Below are positions 27,915-37,846 of a DNA stretch of 64,000 nucleotides, one piece after another. The notes under the pieces are model-generated. The model did not search any database. It saw only the letters and a list, made by a program, of their open reading frames with translations, and had not been told where the DNA came from. Numbering within the stretch: the stretch's first letter is position 1; each line of letters begins with the position of its first letter. The stretch is from a virus (Duplodnaviria > Caudoviricetes): the IMG/VR virus record IMGVR_UViG_3300036985_003045; one strand, 5' to 3'. A program made the translations under genes and the position numbers.

Positions 27915-28088
27915 TTACCTTTTTGGTTCGTCAGACTGACTGGGTTCACCGCCAGATCTGCTATTTTTAAAATCTACCATATGTGGATGTATTTTTCTAG
28001 AACGAGTAACCCCATTATGATCCACATATTTTTTAACTTTAATATCTGATGTTGCAATATCTTCAAGCAACTCTTTATAAGTCTTCAT
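27915..28088 (-). CDS. small internal-protein-like ORF (57 aa, not in track)
   Basis: MKTYKELLE leader; fills the gap between dps and the 688-aa gene. Confidence 0.65.
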   Translation of the reverse strand: MKTYKELLEDIATSDIKVKKYVDHNGVTRSRKIHPHMVDFKNSRSGGEPSQSDEPKR

Positions 28089-28089
28089 A

Positions 28090-28527
28090 TTACTTTGCTA
28101 ATGCTTTTAATTGCCATCCATGTTTTGCATGGACATCTAAACGATCTGCAAGAAAATTACATAGTCCTTGCTTTTTAGAATATGTTGCAATGTCAAATGC
28201 TTTATTTAGACTTTCGATAACTGCATCGTTAGCATCAATAAGATTTAAAAACATTTGCTTTGTTAATACTACTCTTGAAGAGTCATCTGCTGCAGTTTTA
28301 GCATCATAAAGATCGGCAAGACCAACGGGTGCATATTGATCAATAGCACGAATCTGTTCTGCCATAGGATCTACTGCATCATGCAATTCTTCATACAATC
28401 CACCGAAATAACCATGGTAATCACTGAAGTTAGGTCCTTCTATATTCCAATGATATGAATGTGCCTTAAAGTACATTACAAAAGTATTTGCCATAGCAAT
28501 TTTCAATGCTGCTGATAATTCATTCAT
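28090..28527 (-). CDS. dps: Dps / ferritin-like DNA-protecting protein
   Basis: KAHSYHWNIEGPNF..YH..F..LYEE...D..AE.IR ferroxidase signature. Confidence 0.9.
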   Translation of the reverse strand: MNELSAALKIAMANTFVMYFKAHSYHWNIEGPNFSDYHGYFGGLYEELHDAVDPMAEQIRAIDQYAPVGLADLYDAKTAADDSSRVVLTKQMFLNLIDANDAVIESLNKAFDIATYSKKQGLCNFLADRLDVHAKHGWQLKALAK

Positions 28528-28529
28528 TA

Positions 28530-30764
28530 TTATTTCCTAGTAAAGTTTTTATGTGATAATCTTTCTTTTTCAGTTTGACGAACTCTAGATGTAAGTTTCA
28601 TAGCCATACGACTTAAAACAGGTTTTTTCTTTTCTATAATTCTATCAATTCTTTCTCTTTCAGATGTAGCCAAAGTAGAAGAATCTCGACCTTTTAGTAA
28701 TTTTTTACGCATTAAACTAATTGCAAGGTGACGTGCTCTTTTATTTATCTTTTTTGAATCTGAATGCTTCTTCAAAGCTAACATTCTTGCACGATCAATT
28801 TTAGCTCTATTCTTGGAAAATCTTAATCTTGCTTTCATTCTTTCAATTTTAGAAAGAACTTCCAGTAAAGTTTCTTCTTTAATTGGTTTATCTTCTTCAT
28901 CTGGTTCGCCCGTTTCAGCATCAACAACTTGAAACTCGTCATCATCATAAGCATCAAGAATATCTTCATGCTCTAATGAACCAATCATTTTATCTATTTC
29001 TTCATCTGATTCTTCTTCATCATGTTCACCACATTCTTCTTCATTCATATACTTGACTTTCATTCTGTCAATAGTATCTGAACCTTTTGGTCCAGAAGTT
29101 AGATGAGCTCCAACGTGAGTAATTTCAGATTGACCAACTCCATGTGGAGGAGTGCCTAAAGTTGCATGTCCAGTTGCAGCAAGATTTTCAATCTTTTCTA
29201 CATCATCCTTTGGTAATGGTTTGCCTTTAACAAATGCTTTTGCTTCATTAACCCAAGCAGTATCAATAGGGTTAGGGAAACGTCTTCCATAACGTTCTGC
29301 CCTCTCAGTAGCTAATTGAAATTGTTCTTCAGTTAGATTACTTTTTGAGATATTTTTAATTGCTTTCTTATCATAGTTAATACCAACTTCATCGGCAAGT
29401 TTTAACATTTTAGAAACTATTTTCAAAGAATCTTTATTCAATGTTTTAGTTTTACGTAATGCACTGTTTACCAATACTTCAGCATTACTTGATTTCTCAG
29501 CATCGTCAAACCCTAGAATAGTTGCAATCATTCTAGCAACTTTAAGTTTGTCATTAGTTTTTAATGTTTTGTCTGTTAATTCTTCAGTCATACCATTTGC
29601 CGTTGATGCTCTAAATTGATTAATCATTAGTTCTATTTCAGTTCCATGCATATGCCAATAGTCTAAATGGTGTAGGAAATCTCCATTTCTTTCCAATGCT
29701 TGTTTAGCTCTTAAATGAGCATCTTCCCATTGGTTTAAATCTTTTTCATCAGGAACCTGTTCTTGTTCAAGGTGTTTATCATTAATACCCATATAGATAT
29801 CTGTTGCTTTCAAAGCATTTAAAACAGATACTGGATCATGATCACCGGATATTTTTATAGTTTGTATGAATGCTCTAATAGCATCTTCTGAATGATGAAG
29901 ATTTTTTGTTGTATAACCTTTGAACGTGATTTCAGAAGGTATAGTTCCAGGTTGAATATCTTCAAATAAAGTTTGTTCTGACATTACTACGTCCTGTATC
30001 CATTTTTTACTAGTTTCACCAATTGAGTTTACAACAGTAAGATAATTACTGCCTCTGTCTAATATCTCAAATGGTTCGTTATTTGATTCTACAATATCGC
30101 CAATATTGAATATTTCTTTTTTAAAATATTTTTCTCTGAGTTCATCAACATTTAATTTAATTTGTTCTTTAATAATGTCAAGACCCATTCCTTGTCTAAC
30201 ATCATTCATTAATCGTTTAGCATCAATATCACGTAGTGTGGATGGTAAACCTTTCTTAAAACTTTGATAATCACCTTCAGAAGCTGCCGATCTCATCTTA
30301 GTACCAGACATACCGGAAGCATCATCAGCATCTGGATCTCTTTCGCCGGCTGAAATTACTTGAATAGAATCATAATTGTATTCTTTACCATTATACTGGT
30401 TAAGTAATCTTTCAAAGTCTGAAATGCGATCAGAACCTGCAATCATGACAAGATTTTTATATTTAGAGTTTAATGCTTTCGCAACCTCTATGAAAGTGCG
30501 CTCTGTATCAGTTGCAGGTTTGAAATTGGTATGTGGAAACATTAGATTCAAATAATGAACCTTTTTATCCACAGATAAAGGATTCTTCTTTTTATCTTGA
30601 GTTCTTGAAGCATAGATTGCATAATCTGCTTTATTAGCAGTCGCAATCTTCTTAACTACATTAATAAGTAGTCCATGCCCCGTGGTCGGAGGAGAAAATC
30701 TGCCAAAAGCAAATACAATTGTTTTGGCAGGCATTTCCTTTAGGAATTGTCTATACTGTTTCAT
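28530..30764 (-). CDS. HxGH-type (cytidylyltransferase-like) nucleotidyltransferase with long C-terminal extension
   Basis: FGRFSPPTTGH, AGSDR, SAGERDPD, MSGTKMR; MKQYRQFLKE leader. Confidence 0.8.
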   Translation of the reverse strand: MKQYRQFLKEMPAKTIVFAFGRFSPPTTGHGLLINVVKKIATANKADYAIYASRTQDKKKNPLSVDKKVHYLNLMFPHTNFKPATDTERTFIEVAKALNSKYKNLVMIAGSDRISDFERLLNQYNGKEYNYDSIQVISAGERDPDADDASGMSGTKMRSAASEGDYQSFKKGLPSTLRDIDAKRLMNDVRQGMGLDIIKEQIKLNVDELREKYFKKEIFNIGDIVESNNEPFEILDRGSNYLTVVNSIGETSKKWIQDVVMSEQTLFEDIQPGTIPSEITFKGYTTKNLHHSEDAIRAFIQTIKISGDHDPVSVLNALKATDIYMGINDKHLEQEQVPDEKDLNQWEDAHLRAKQALERNGDFLHHLDYWHMHGTEIELMINQFRASTANGMTEELTDKTLKTNDKLKVARMIATILGFDDAEKSSNAEVLVNSALRKTKTLNKDSLKIVSKMLKLADEVGINYDKKAIKNISKSNLTEEQFQLATERAERYGRRFPNPIDTAWVNEAKAFVKGKPLPKDDVEKIENLAATGHATLGTPPHGVGQSEITHVGAHLTSGPKGSDTIDRMKVKYMNEEECGEHDEEESDEEIDKMIGSLEHEDILDAYDDDEFQVVDAETGEPDEEDKPIKEETLLEVLSKIERMKARLRFSKNRAKIDRARMLALKKHSDSKKINKRARHLAISLMRKKLLKGRDSSTLATSERERIDRIIEKKKPVLSRMAMKLTSRVRQTEKERLSHKNFTRK

Positions 30765-30794
30765 TTGGTCCCATCTATAAAATAAACTGTATAG

Positions 30795-30802
30795 TATTTA
30801 TA
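30795..30802 (-). promoter_or_regulatory. T4 late promoter TATAAATA
   Basis: Exact consensus, intergenic, 30 nt upstream of 30764. Confidence 0.75.
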
Positions 30803-30821
30803 CTTTTTAAAACTTCAATTA

Positions 30822-32375
30822 TTAAATATGTTCTTGCCAAGTTACTACACCTACAGCATCATCATTATTGGTAGTAGATATAGCAGCTAGACACCAAATA
30901 TCACTGACTCCACCTATGGTACGACCAATCTGTTGGCTAAAATCTACATCATTGGAAGTAATAGATGCTGAACCACCTTTGTTAGATCCTGCAAAAATTC
31001 CTTGGTCAATAACCGTTCCGCCAGATAATGCGGTGGCAGAAAGGTCATACTGTACTGAACTATTAGCACCAGATGAAACCCAACTAGCACCAGTTAATGT
31101 CGGGTTTATTATAATGCGATAACCAAATGCTGCTAATTGTAATCCAAAAATATCAAATTTAACAGGAACAACTACTGATTCAATATTGGCAGAATTTAGT
31201 CTAATACATACTAAAGGTCTATACACATTATTACTTAAATCTTTACCAGTTAAACCAGTTCCAATACTTCGAGTAATACTACGATTCATATATCCACCTT
31301 CAGACATAACAGTAGAACATATTGCTCTCATAGTGCCAGCAGGTCCAGTGCTTGTTAATTCATATCTAACTGGCAACGTTGCAGTAGTCATATAAACCTT
31401 GTTTAGGGTATTAGCATGGTGGAATGTATGACAAACTATAAATTGTCCATCAATAACAAATCCACAACGAACAGACCCCACACCAAGCCATTCAATATCG
31501 CACCAAAAAATTTGTGCTTTAGACACATCTAAAGTTATACCACTAGCACCTGTGCCATTAAGTTTATCACCATTCCAGTTTGCTTGGGCAAACTTTTCTG
31601 ATGTATCGTCTACTGCTCCAGATGTATATTTTCTTATGACCATATTTACAGTTGTGCCATCTACTTCAAAGTAAACACCATTTTGAGCACCGAACAATCC
31701 AACACGTTGACGCAATCCCGCTGTTGGTGCAGTCATTACAAAAGTTGCTAGTGTTAATAGACTTTTTCCAGGCTGATAAGCAAATACGGATTTTGTCTGT
31801 CTAGTAGATGAATCACCATTACCAGATACTGACATTAAAACTGAACTCTCATTTACAAGAAATGTTGATGTCGCTGCGCCAGTATCTACTTGATCCCACT
31901 TAAATGGATCGTCTCGATATCTTTGAGCTCCATCAAATAGTGTATGTGGATTACTTACTCTTAATCTACCAAAAGCATCAGACTGAGTTGGGTGAAAGAA
32001 AGAAGTGTCAGATGTGCCCTTAACAAATATTGGGTTTCCATCAGAGTTTACTGTGGTGTTTTTAGATACTGGAATAGGATTTCCAGTATCATTTTTAATT
32101 TCACCATCAAACACTGCTGGAATAACTAATCCAGTATCAACATATATTGGATTTTCAGCAGAATTATCATTATTATCTCTTGATATTGATATTGGATTAC
32201 CAAGTTCATTTTTAATTTCACCATCAAACGCTGCTGGAATAACTAATCCAGTATCTACATGTATTTTATTTGTAGAACTATTAATATTAGTGTTCTTTGA
32301 TATTGATATTGGATTACCAATTTCATTCTTAATTTCTTGGTCATTTGTAAAAAGATATGTCACACTATTCTCCAA
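30822..32375 (-). CDS. probable virion structural protein with N-terminal 39-aa repeats
   Basis: EIKN..GNPI.IS repeats; DAFGRLRVS block; beta-rich body. Confidence 0.6.
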   Translation of the reverse strand: MENSVTYLFTNDQEIKNEIGNPISISKNTNINSSTNKIHVDTGLVIPAAFDGEIKNELGNPISISRDNNDNSAENPIYVDTGLVIPAVFDGEIKNDTGNPIPVSKNTTVNSDGNPIFVKGTSDTSFFHPTQSDAFGRLRVSNPHTLFDGAQRYRDDPFKWDQVDTGAATSTFLVNESSVLMSVSGNGDSSTRQTKSVFAYQPGKSLLTLATFVMTAPTAGLRQRVGLFGAQNGVYFEVDGTTVNMVIRKYTSGAVDDTSEKFAQANWNGDKLNGTGASGITLDVSKAQIFWCDIEWLGVGSVRCGFVIDGQFIVCHTFHHANTLNKVYMTTATLPVRYELTSTGPAGTMRAICSTVMSEGGYMNRSITRSIGTGLTGKDLSNNVYRPLVCIRLNSANIESVVVPVKFDIFGLQLAAFGYRIIINPTLTGASWVSSGANSSVQYDLSATALSGGTVIDQGIFAGSNKGGSASITSNDVDFSQQIGRTIGGVSDIWCLAAISTTNNDDAVGVVTWQEHI

Positions 32376-33277
32376 CCATTTCTATAAATCATTTGTATTG
32401 CACCGTTATCTAATTGTATTATAAATCCACCTGTATCATTATCTACAGTACCAAGAACAGTAATGGGATTAGTTGAAGCATTACCAGATTCGTCTTTAAT
32501 TATAATCATTCTACCTGAACTTGGAGTAGCTGGTAATGTTATTGTAACTGGACCAACATAATTAACACCCATATAATATTCATCACCACCAACAAGATAT
32601 GTTGGTGTATCTATTAAAATTGTAGTGTATACAATATCATGTGGATTTACTTCGGCAAACTCAAATTTCTTTAAAGTATCATTATATCGTAAAAATCTAC
32701 CATCTGATATACTAGGTCTATAAACATCATCTAACCACCTAAGATTTACCTCACCTGAACCAGGTCCTGTAGCAGCAATTTTACCAATTGCTTGTTCCAT
32801 GAACTTTAGTTTCTTACGGATGTCATCCATCTGTGGAGTAACTAAATCAGGATCAGGTTGTTGGAATGATTTACCGGTATGTATTTTTTCTAGTTCTGCC
32901 GGAGAATATTGCTGTGCTGCAGGTTTTATTTCAGGTACAGGAACTTCTTCTATTATTTGAGCAACTTCTTCTATCTGTTCTGCAACTTCAATGATAACCT
33001 CATCAAATCTACCTTCTAAAGGTTCTACTTTAGTCGCAATCTCAGACAATTGAGCAAATAAAGAACCTAAATCAGATTTGACGTTCTGTTTAACGGTTTC
33101 TATCTTTTTATTGACAGGATCATTTACCTTTGCTTCACTTAATTGACCAAACAAAGAACCCAAATCAGATTTGATATTCTGTTTGACTTCCTCTAACTTT
33201 TTGCCAACAGGATCATTTTCTTTATAATCTTGTTTACCCTCGGCAACTAGTTTTAAGAAATCCTCGAATTCACTCAT
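32360..33277 (-). CDS. probable structural protein with 31-aa tandem repeat
   Basis: NDPV.KK.E.VKQN.KSDLGSLF.QLSE twice; GSGEVNLRWLDDV. Confidence 0.6.
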   Translation of the reverse strand: MSEFEDFLKLVAEGKQDYKENDPVGKKLEEVKQNIKSDLGSLFGQLSEAKVNDPVNKKIETVKQNVKSDLGSLFAQLSEIATKVEPLEGRFDEVIIEVAEQIEEVAQIIEEVPVPEIKPAAQQYSPAELEKIHTGKSFQQPDPDLVTPQMDDIRKKLKFMEQAIGKIAATGPGSGEVNLRWLDDVYRPSISDGRFLRYNDTLKKFEFAEVNPHDIVYTTILIDTPTYLVGGDEYYMGVNYVGPVTITLPATPSSGRMIIIKDESGNASTNPITVLGTVDNDTGGFIIQLDNGAIQMIYRNGWRIV

Positions 33278-33301
33278 TTTATTAATCCGTGCCTTTTAGC
33301 A

Positions 33302-33616
33302 TTAGATGTATTTGTCATTTGATTTTTTAGGAAATGGTTTATCATTCTTAATAGCATCGGCTAAATCATGCGCAAAAAGTTTAGCAAGACTAAGTTTACT
33401 AAAAACATACCGTCTTAAATCATCTACTTTATGACCTGGTTTGGGTTCACCATCATTTACAGACCAGTCATTATGCTCTGTTTTAAATATGGCTACAGCC
33501 CTAAGAATTATACCATGTTTATCTTCTTCAACATCAATTTGGTACCAATCTTTATTCACCTTTCTAATCTTTAAGGAATTTGCCGATTCGGTTAAAAAAT
33601 CAGAGAATGATTTCAT
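33302..33616 (-). CDS. internal-protein-like hypothetical protein
   Basis: MKSFSDFLTE leader. Confidence 0.65.
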   Translation of the reverse strand: MKSFSDFLTESANSLKIRKVNKDWYQIDVEEDKHGIILRAVAIFKTEHNDWSVNDGEPKPGHKVDDLRRYVFSKLSLAKLFAHDLADAIKNDKPFPKKSNDKYI

Positions 33617-33617
33617 A

Positions 33618-34748
33618 TTAATCTTCTGGGTTAAATGCTGCGGCGTAACTTACTAATTCTTGTTTACACCTTGCAAGAGAATTAAATTTTTGTGGATGTT
33701 CTTCATTTGGATCAACTAAAATCCATTCTTTATTAGATATCTTTTTAATTGACCAATCAGTATCTTTCTTAGTTTTACTGTTATATACATTCCACTCATT
33801 GGCTCTATACTTTGATTTTTTAAGAACAGGAGTTGATTCTGTATTTTCTTCTAAAAAATCAGAGAATGATTTCATAGTACTTTCTCCAAATATATCCATT
33901 ACTTTTTTAATTGCTGCTTCTTTATCTCTACCCTTCTGAGTACCTACTTCACCGGACTTAACACTAATCATGGAAGTAAATACACCTTTCATTCTATTAG
34001 AACTTCTGGGGTTTTTTAATTTAACTTTTGCTTGTTTAATTAAATCTTCAAAGGAAGAGTCAAGATCATATTGATATAGAATCTTTTTTAGATCTTCAAA
34101 ACTACGTGATTTCCAAACAACTTCTCTTTTTAGTTGTTTGTATGAACCTGGTTCATAGGTAACTTTTCTCAACTGTATCTCTACACTTGATAGGTTAAAT
34201 TCATATTCTTCATTTTCAGGAAGTTTAGAAGGAACTTTAATACCAACCTTTTTAAACAAAGTAGGTACTGGAGTTTCAATAGTAGCAACCTTAGTTAAAC
34301 CTAATATTAAACCTTGCTTCTCGGCAGGTAGATCAAGAAAGTTTAATTTAAATCCTGCTTCAGTACGGTCAAGTGCTATGATATTATCTATTTGGACACT
34401 GTAGCCAAGTTCTTCATCATGGTATCGAATAGTAACAATTTCACCTGTATTAAGGAACTTCTTGCCTTTATATCTTTCAGACTTAAATGGAACTATGACT
34501 GAATCGGGAAGTTTAGCAAGATGCGCGGCTAATTCTTTTTTAACTGTAGCTTTATCTTTATTAGATTCAATATGAGTTATAAGATCTATATCACCGAAGT
34601 CTTGTTTACTTAGATTAGAGTTATAAGAACCAGAAGGTTTTATTGAAACAAATCCTGGGAACTTCTTTAATAAACTTTCATAAGAAACAAGAAACTTCTT
34701 GAAGTGTTCTCTACTTTGGATTCTATCCGCTCCGGTGCTTCCGCTCAT
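33618..34748 (-). CDS. Pol-beta-superfamily nucleotidyltransferase with fused C-terminal module
   Basis: SGSY......DFGDIDLI, VQID; internal GGAG plus ATG 33875 (MKSFSDFLEE). Confidence 0.75.
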   Translation of the reverse strand: MSGSTGADRIQSREHFKKFLVSYESLLKKFPGFVSIKPSGSYNSNLSKQDFGDIDLITHIESNKDKATVKKELAAHLAKLPDSVIVPFKSERYKGKKFLNTGEIVTIRYHDEELGYSVQIDNIIALDRTEAGFKLNFLDLPAEKQGLILGLTKVATIETPVPTLFKKVGIKVPSKLPENEEYEFNLSSVEIQLRKVTYEPGSYKQLKREVVWKSRSFEDLKKILYQYDLDSSFEDLIKQAKVKLKNPRSSNRMKGVFTSMISVKSGEVGTQKGRDKEAAIKKVMDIFGESTMKSFSDFLEENTESTPVLKKSKYRANEWNVYNSKTKKDTDWSIKKISNKEWILVDPNEEHPQKFNSLARCKQELVSYAAAFNPED

Positions 34749-34749
34749 C

Positions 34750-35715
34750 TTACAATCCTTTTAATGCTGAGTTATCAGGCAAGAACTTTCCAGTCAAACC
34801 TAATTTTGCTTTACGTTTCTTCCATTCTGCATGAAGGTCATCTGGAATATCGGCTCTAGTACTATCAAGTATCTTCAAGTAAATATCAACCATACTAGAA
34901 TAATCTTTTGGTTTGAGTTTGGTCTTCAATAATTTATGTAACTTGTAATAATCTTCAGCATCTGCTCTTGTAATCTTAATACCTAACTTCTTACCCAATA
35001 CTGATAAAGCATCTTCTGGATTATGAGCAATAATAACTCCAGTATCTTTATCCTTGACACCAGTTACATGGTTAAATGAATAATTTGCTACTTGGAATGC
35101 AGACAACATCAACTGAGTTCTATGTAATCCTTTTACATTAGAATTAGCAGGATATGCAGCTGAATGATAAGAAAAAGTCAACCATTGTAGATCACCAATC
35201 ATCCAATCTATTTGAACTCCAATACCAACTTCATATCCTTTATCATTAATTTGTGGAAACAATCCAAAGATGTTACCATTTGTAACTTTCTTTTCGTCAC
35301 AATATAATGATGGAGCATGTGAATTGATATATAATGTTAGTTCTTTAAGAAATGCTTTCATTAATAACATTTCAGGCGAAGCAGACTTTGCTCTCTTTTC
35401 TAACTTTGCAAATTCAATATGAACTGCCTTAGGATCAATATTCCAATCAGACATAGACTTATCTGACATAGTATGATCAAGCAAACTCTTTGAATCAATA
35501 CCCAAGTCTATATCCCCTGACATAGGCTTTTTACCTACTGAACCTAGCGGTTTGAAATGATTTAGATTAAATATTGCGGCTTTCTTTGGAAAGATATGTT
35601 TAAGTTCTTTGAAATATGCTTCAAGTGTAGGAGCAATATGTTCTAGTTTAATAGAGGCAGTTTTATCTTTAAATACATTGCCGCCTTCTGTTAAAAATTC
35701 TGTGAATGATTTCAT
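34750..35715 (-). CDS. Pol-beta-superfamily nucleotidyltransferase
   Basis: LGSVGKKPMSGDIDLGI, VQIDWM; MKSFTEFLTE-GGNVF leader. Confidence 0.78.
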   Translation of the reverse strand: MKSFTEFLTEGGNVFKDKTASIKLEHIAPTLEAYFKELKHIFPKKAAIFNLNHFKPLGSVGKKPMSGDIDLGIDSKSLLDHTMSDKSMSDWNIDPKAVHIEFAKLEKRAKSASPEMLLMKAFLKELTLYINSHAPSLYCDEKKVTNGNIFGLFPQINDKGYEVGIGVQIDWMIGDLQWLTFSYHSAAYPANSNVKGLHRTQLMLSAFQVANYSFNHVTGVKDKDTGVIIAHNPEDALSVLGKKLGIKITRADAEDYYKLHKLLKTKLKPKDYSSMVDIYLKILDSTRADIPDDLHAEWKKRKAKLGLTGKFLPDNSALKGL

Positions 35716-35724
35716 CTATTGTCC

Positions 35725-36771
35725 TTAAGATTTTTTAATACGAGTTTTAATCATCTTCATACCAATTCTATTTCCTACTGGGTTTGGAGCACTAGAAGGT
35801 GAATGAAACTTAAATGTAGCATCTGAAAAAGTACGAACAGCATAAGTAAGATTACTAGATTTATAATCAAGATTAATTTGATTAACAGTTAAGGTTCTTG
35901 CAGCTAATGTTAAAACTTCTATTGCTCCATTTGCAGGATTATTTAACCATTTCATAACTTCACTAGTTATAGGAAAATGTATCATACCCCATTTTTTATA
36001 TCTTGCACTCGCGGTACCACCAAAAACAGATTTCATTTTAGCTTCACTACCTATAGCAAATGAAGCAGCTTTAAATAATTCTTTACATTGAATAACACAA
36101 GAATCATAACTACCCATAGCATTTACCGCATTAATAAGTACATCTTGATCTGGTATATTAATACCTCTATAGCCAGTTTTTAAATCTGTTCTTTTTATTA
36201 ATTTAATTAATTGGTTATAACCAGGCAAATCTAAATATTTTGCTACTTCTAAAACTCCACCATAAACAGTACCCTTATTAATTAATTTTAATACAGTCAA
36301 TGCTTTCTTATTTATAGTACTAAGAGATTCGGGATTTATATTATTTAATGCTCCTTCAACTGCTGTAATAGCTGGAGCTCCACCTTCACCTGATTTTGCA
36401 GAAAACTTTTCATCAATGCCATCTCTAACAAGATAGTAATCTACAAGTCGCATATTTTCATCTTTAGGAAATTTAGCATGTGTATAGTTTTGTCCTGAAT
36501 TTAACATATACAATGCACCACATACTTCTCCAAAATCAGATGTTATTATTCCAATATCTTGAGTAGTTAATCCATCAAATTTACCTGGAAAACTATTAGA
36601 ACCTATAATAGATTGTTTAACTATATAATTACAAGCCTCTTTAGCAGCAGGTGTAATATTTAAAGTCTTTATATACTTAGTAACAATAGTTTCTATTTCA
36701 ACAGATGTAAAAGGATTCATAGTATTTAATGAAAACTTTGATGGTGTTAAGGATTTTTTTATAAGTGCCAT
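35725..36771 (-). CDS. hypothetical protein, possible PD-(D/E)xK-like fold
   Basis: DFGEV ... LVDYY ... FSAKSG spacing; weak. Confidence 0.5.
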   Translation of the reverse strand: MALIKKSLTPSKFSLNTMNPFTSVEIETIVTKYIKTLNITPAAKEACNYIVKQSIIGSNSFPGKFDGLTTQDIGIITSDFGEVCGALYMLNSGQNYTHAKFPKDENMRLVDYYLVRDGIDEKFSAKSGEGGAPAITAVEGALNNINPESLSTINKKALTVLKLINKGTVYGGVLEVAKYLDLPGYNQLIKLIKRTDLKTGYRGINIPDQDVLINAVNAMGSYDSCVIQCKELFKAASFAIGSEAKMKSVFGGTASARYKKWGMIHFPITSEVMKWLNNPANGAIEVLTLAARTLTVNQINLDYKSSNLTYAVRTFSDATFKFHSPSSAPNPVGNRIGMKMIKTRIKKS

Positions 36772-36808
36772 AGATATAATAATAATAATAATGAATTTTA
36801 TCTATTTA

Positions 36809-37846
36809 TTAAAAGAAATCCTCGAGTGTAGATTCTTTTTGTTTAATACCTTTATTCCAATAATCAAACCTATGATTTACTGGTGCAAGATGTACAGACT
36901 TTGGTTTTTCCATACATGTTTGCATGAAATCAATTGGACTATATGTATAGAATTGTTCAGGCCATTTAAAAACTGACCAGTTATTTCTGTTGCACATTTC
37001 TATTAATGCATCGGTAAAATATTGTCTTATGCTATCTCTTTCTTGTCTAGAACCAAAGAATGGAGTACCTTTATACCAACCTGTTTTAGGCAATTTACGT
37101 GTCTCATCTTCTATAGGTAAAGGTAACACAACTTCAATATTCTTAATGTTTAATACCTTTATTTGATTCTCATATTCAGATACTAAATCATCTACATATT
37201 GGGTTGGGTTTTCTTCTCGACAGATATGATGTCTAATATCAATATTGCCATAATAACATGTAAGATGAGTAAGGTTTTCTTTTAATCCTGGCATGAAATC
37301 ATCTATTTCTTTCGTAATAGTTTTTCTTAATACACCTGCTAGAGTTCTACCATCTTTACGAAATGTCATATATCCAGGTTGATATGCAGAAAATGAATGA
37401 CTATCACCTAATACTAATTTAGTTGTAACCACAGGATGCAACATTTCAGGTATAGAGTTACAAACATTTGATAATGCATCCCAATCTATGGCAGACCAAT
37501 ATTCATCTGCATTCTTAAGTCGATTCTTACATAGTCTACCATAATCAGGCATAGGAATATCAAGAGATACTAATGACTTATTCTTATGTGTTAGGATTCG
37601 TTCGAAGAAGACAGCATTTTCTTTAGTTGCTCCTCCAAAGAGATTAAGAGTTTCTCCATCTTGTTCCATAGAATGATATAAAAATATAGTATCATAATCA
37701 TCCCATGACTCTCCATGGAGAACATCGATCTCAATATTCAAGGCATCTTCAAGTTGGCATTTTCTGAGCATAGCCCAACCAAATTTATGAGAATATTGAG
37801 ATGATGTTAATTTACCAGGTAATAAATCTAAAGCATATTTTTTCAT
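36809..37846 (-). CDS. SGNH/GDSL-like protein with C-terminal clamp-type motif
   Basis: LGDSHS, YYGNIDIRHH, SVHL; SH..GW and LNLFGG blocks; ends STLEDFF. Confidence 0.6.
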   Translation of the reverse strand: MKKYALDLLPGKLTSSQYSHKFGWAMLRKCQLEDALNIEIDVLHGESWDDYDTIFLYHSMEQDGETLNLFGGATKENAVFFERILTHKNKSLVSLDIPMPDYGRLCKNRLKNADEYWSAIDWDALSNVCNSIPEMLHPVVTTKLVLGDSHSFSAYQPGYMTFRKDGRTLAGVLRKTITKEIDDFMPGLKENLTHLTCYYGNIDIRHHICREENPTQYVDDLVSEYENQIKVLNIKNIEVVLPLPIEDETRKLPKTGWYKGTPFFGSRQERDSIRQYFTDALIEMCNRNNWSVFKWPEQFYTYSPIDFMQTCMEKPKSVHLAPVNHRFDYWNKGIKQKESTLEDFF

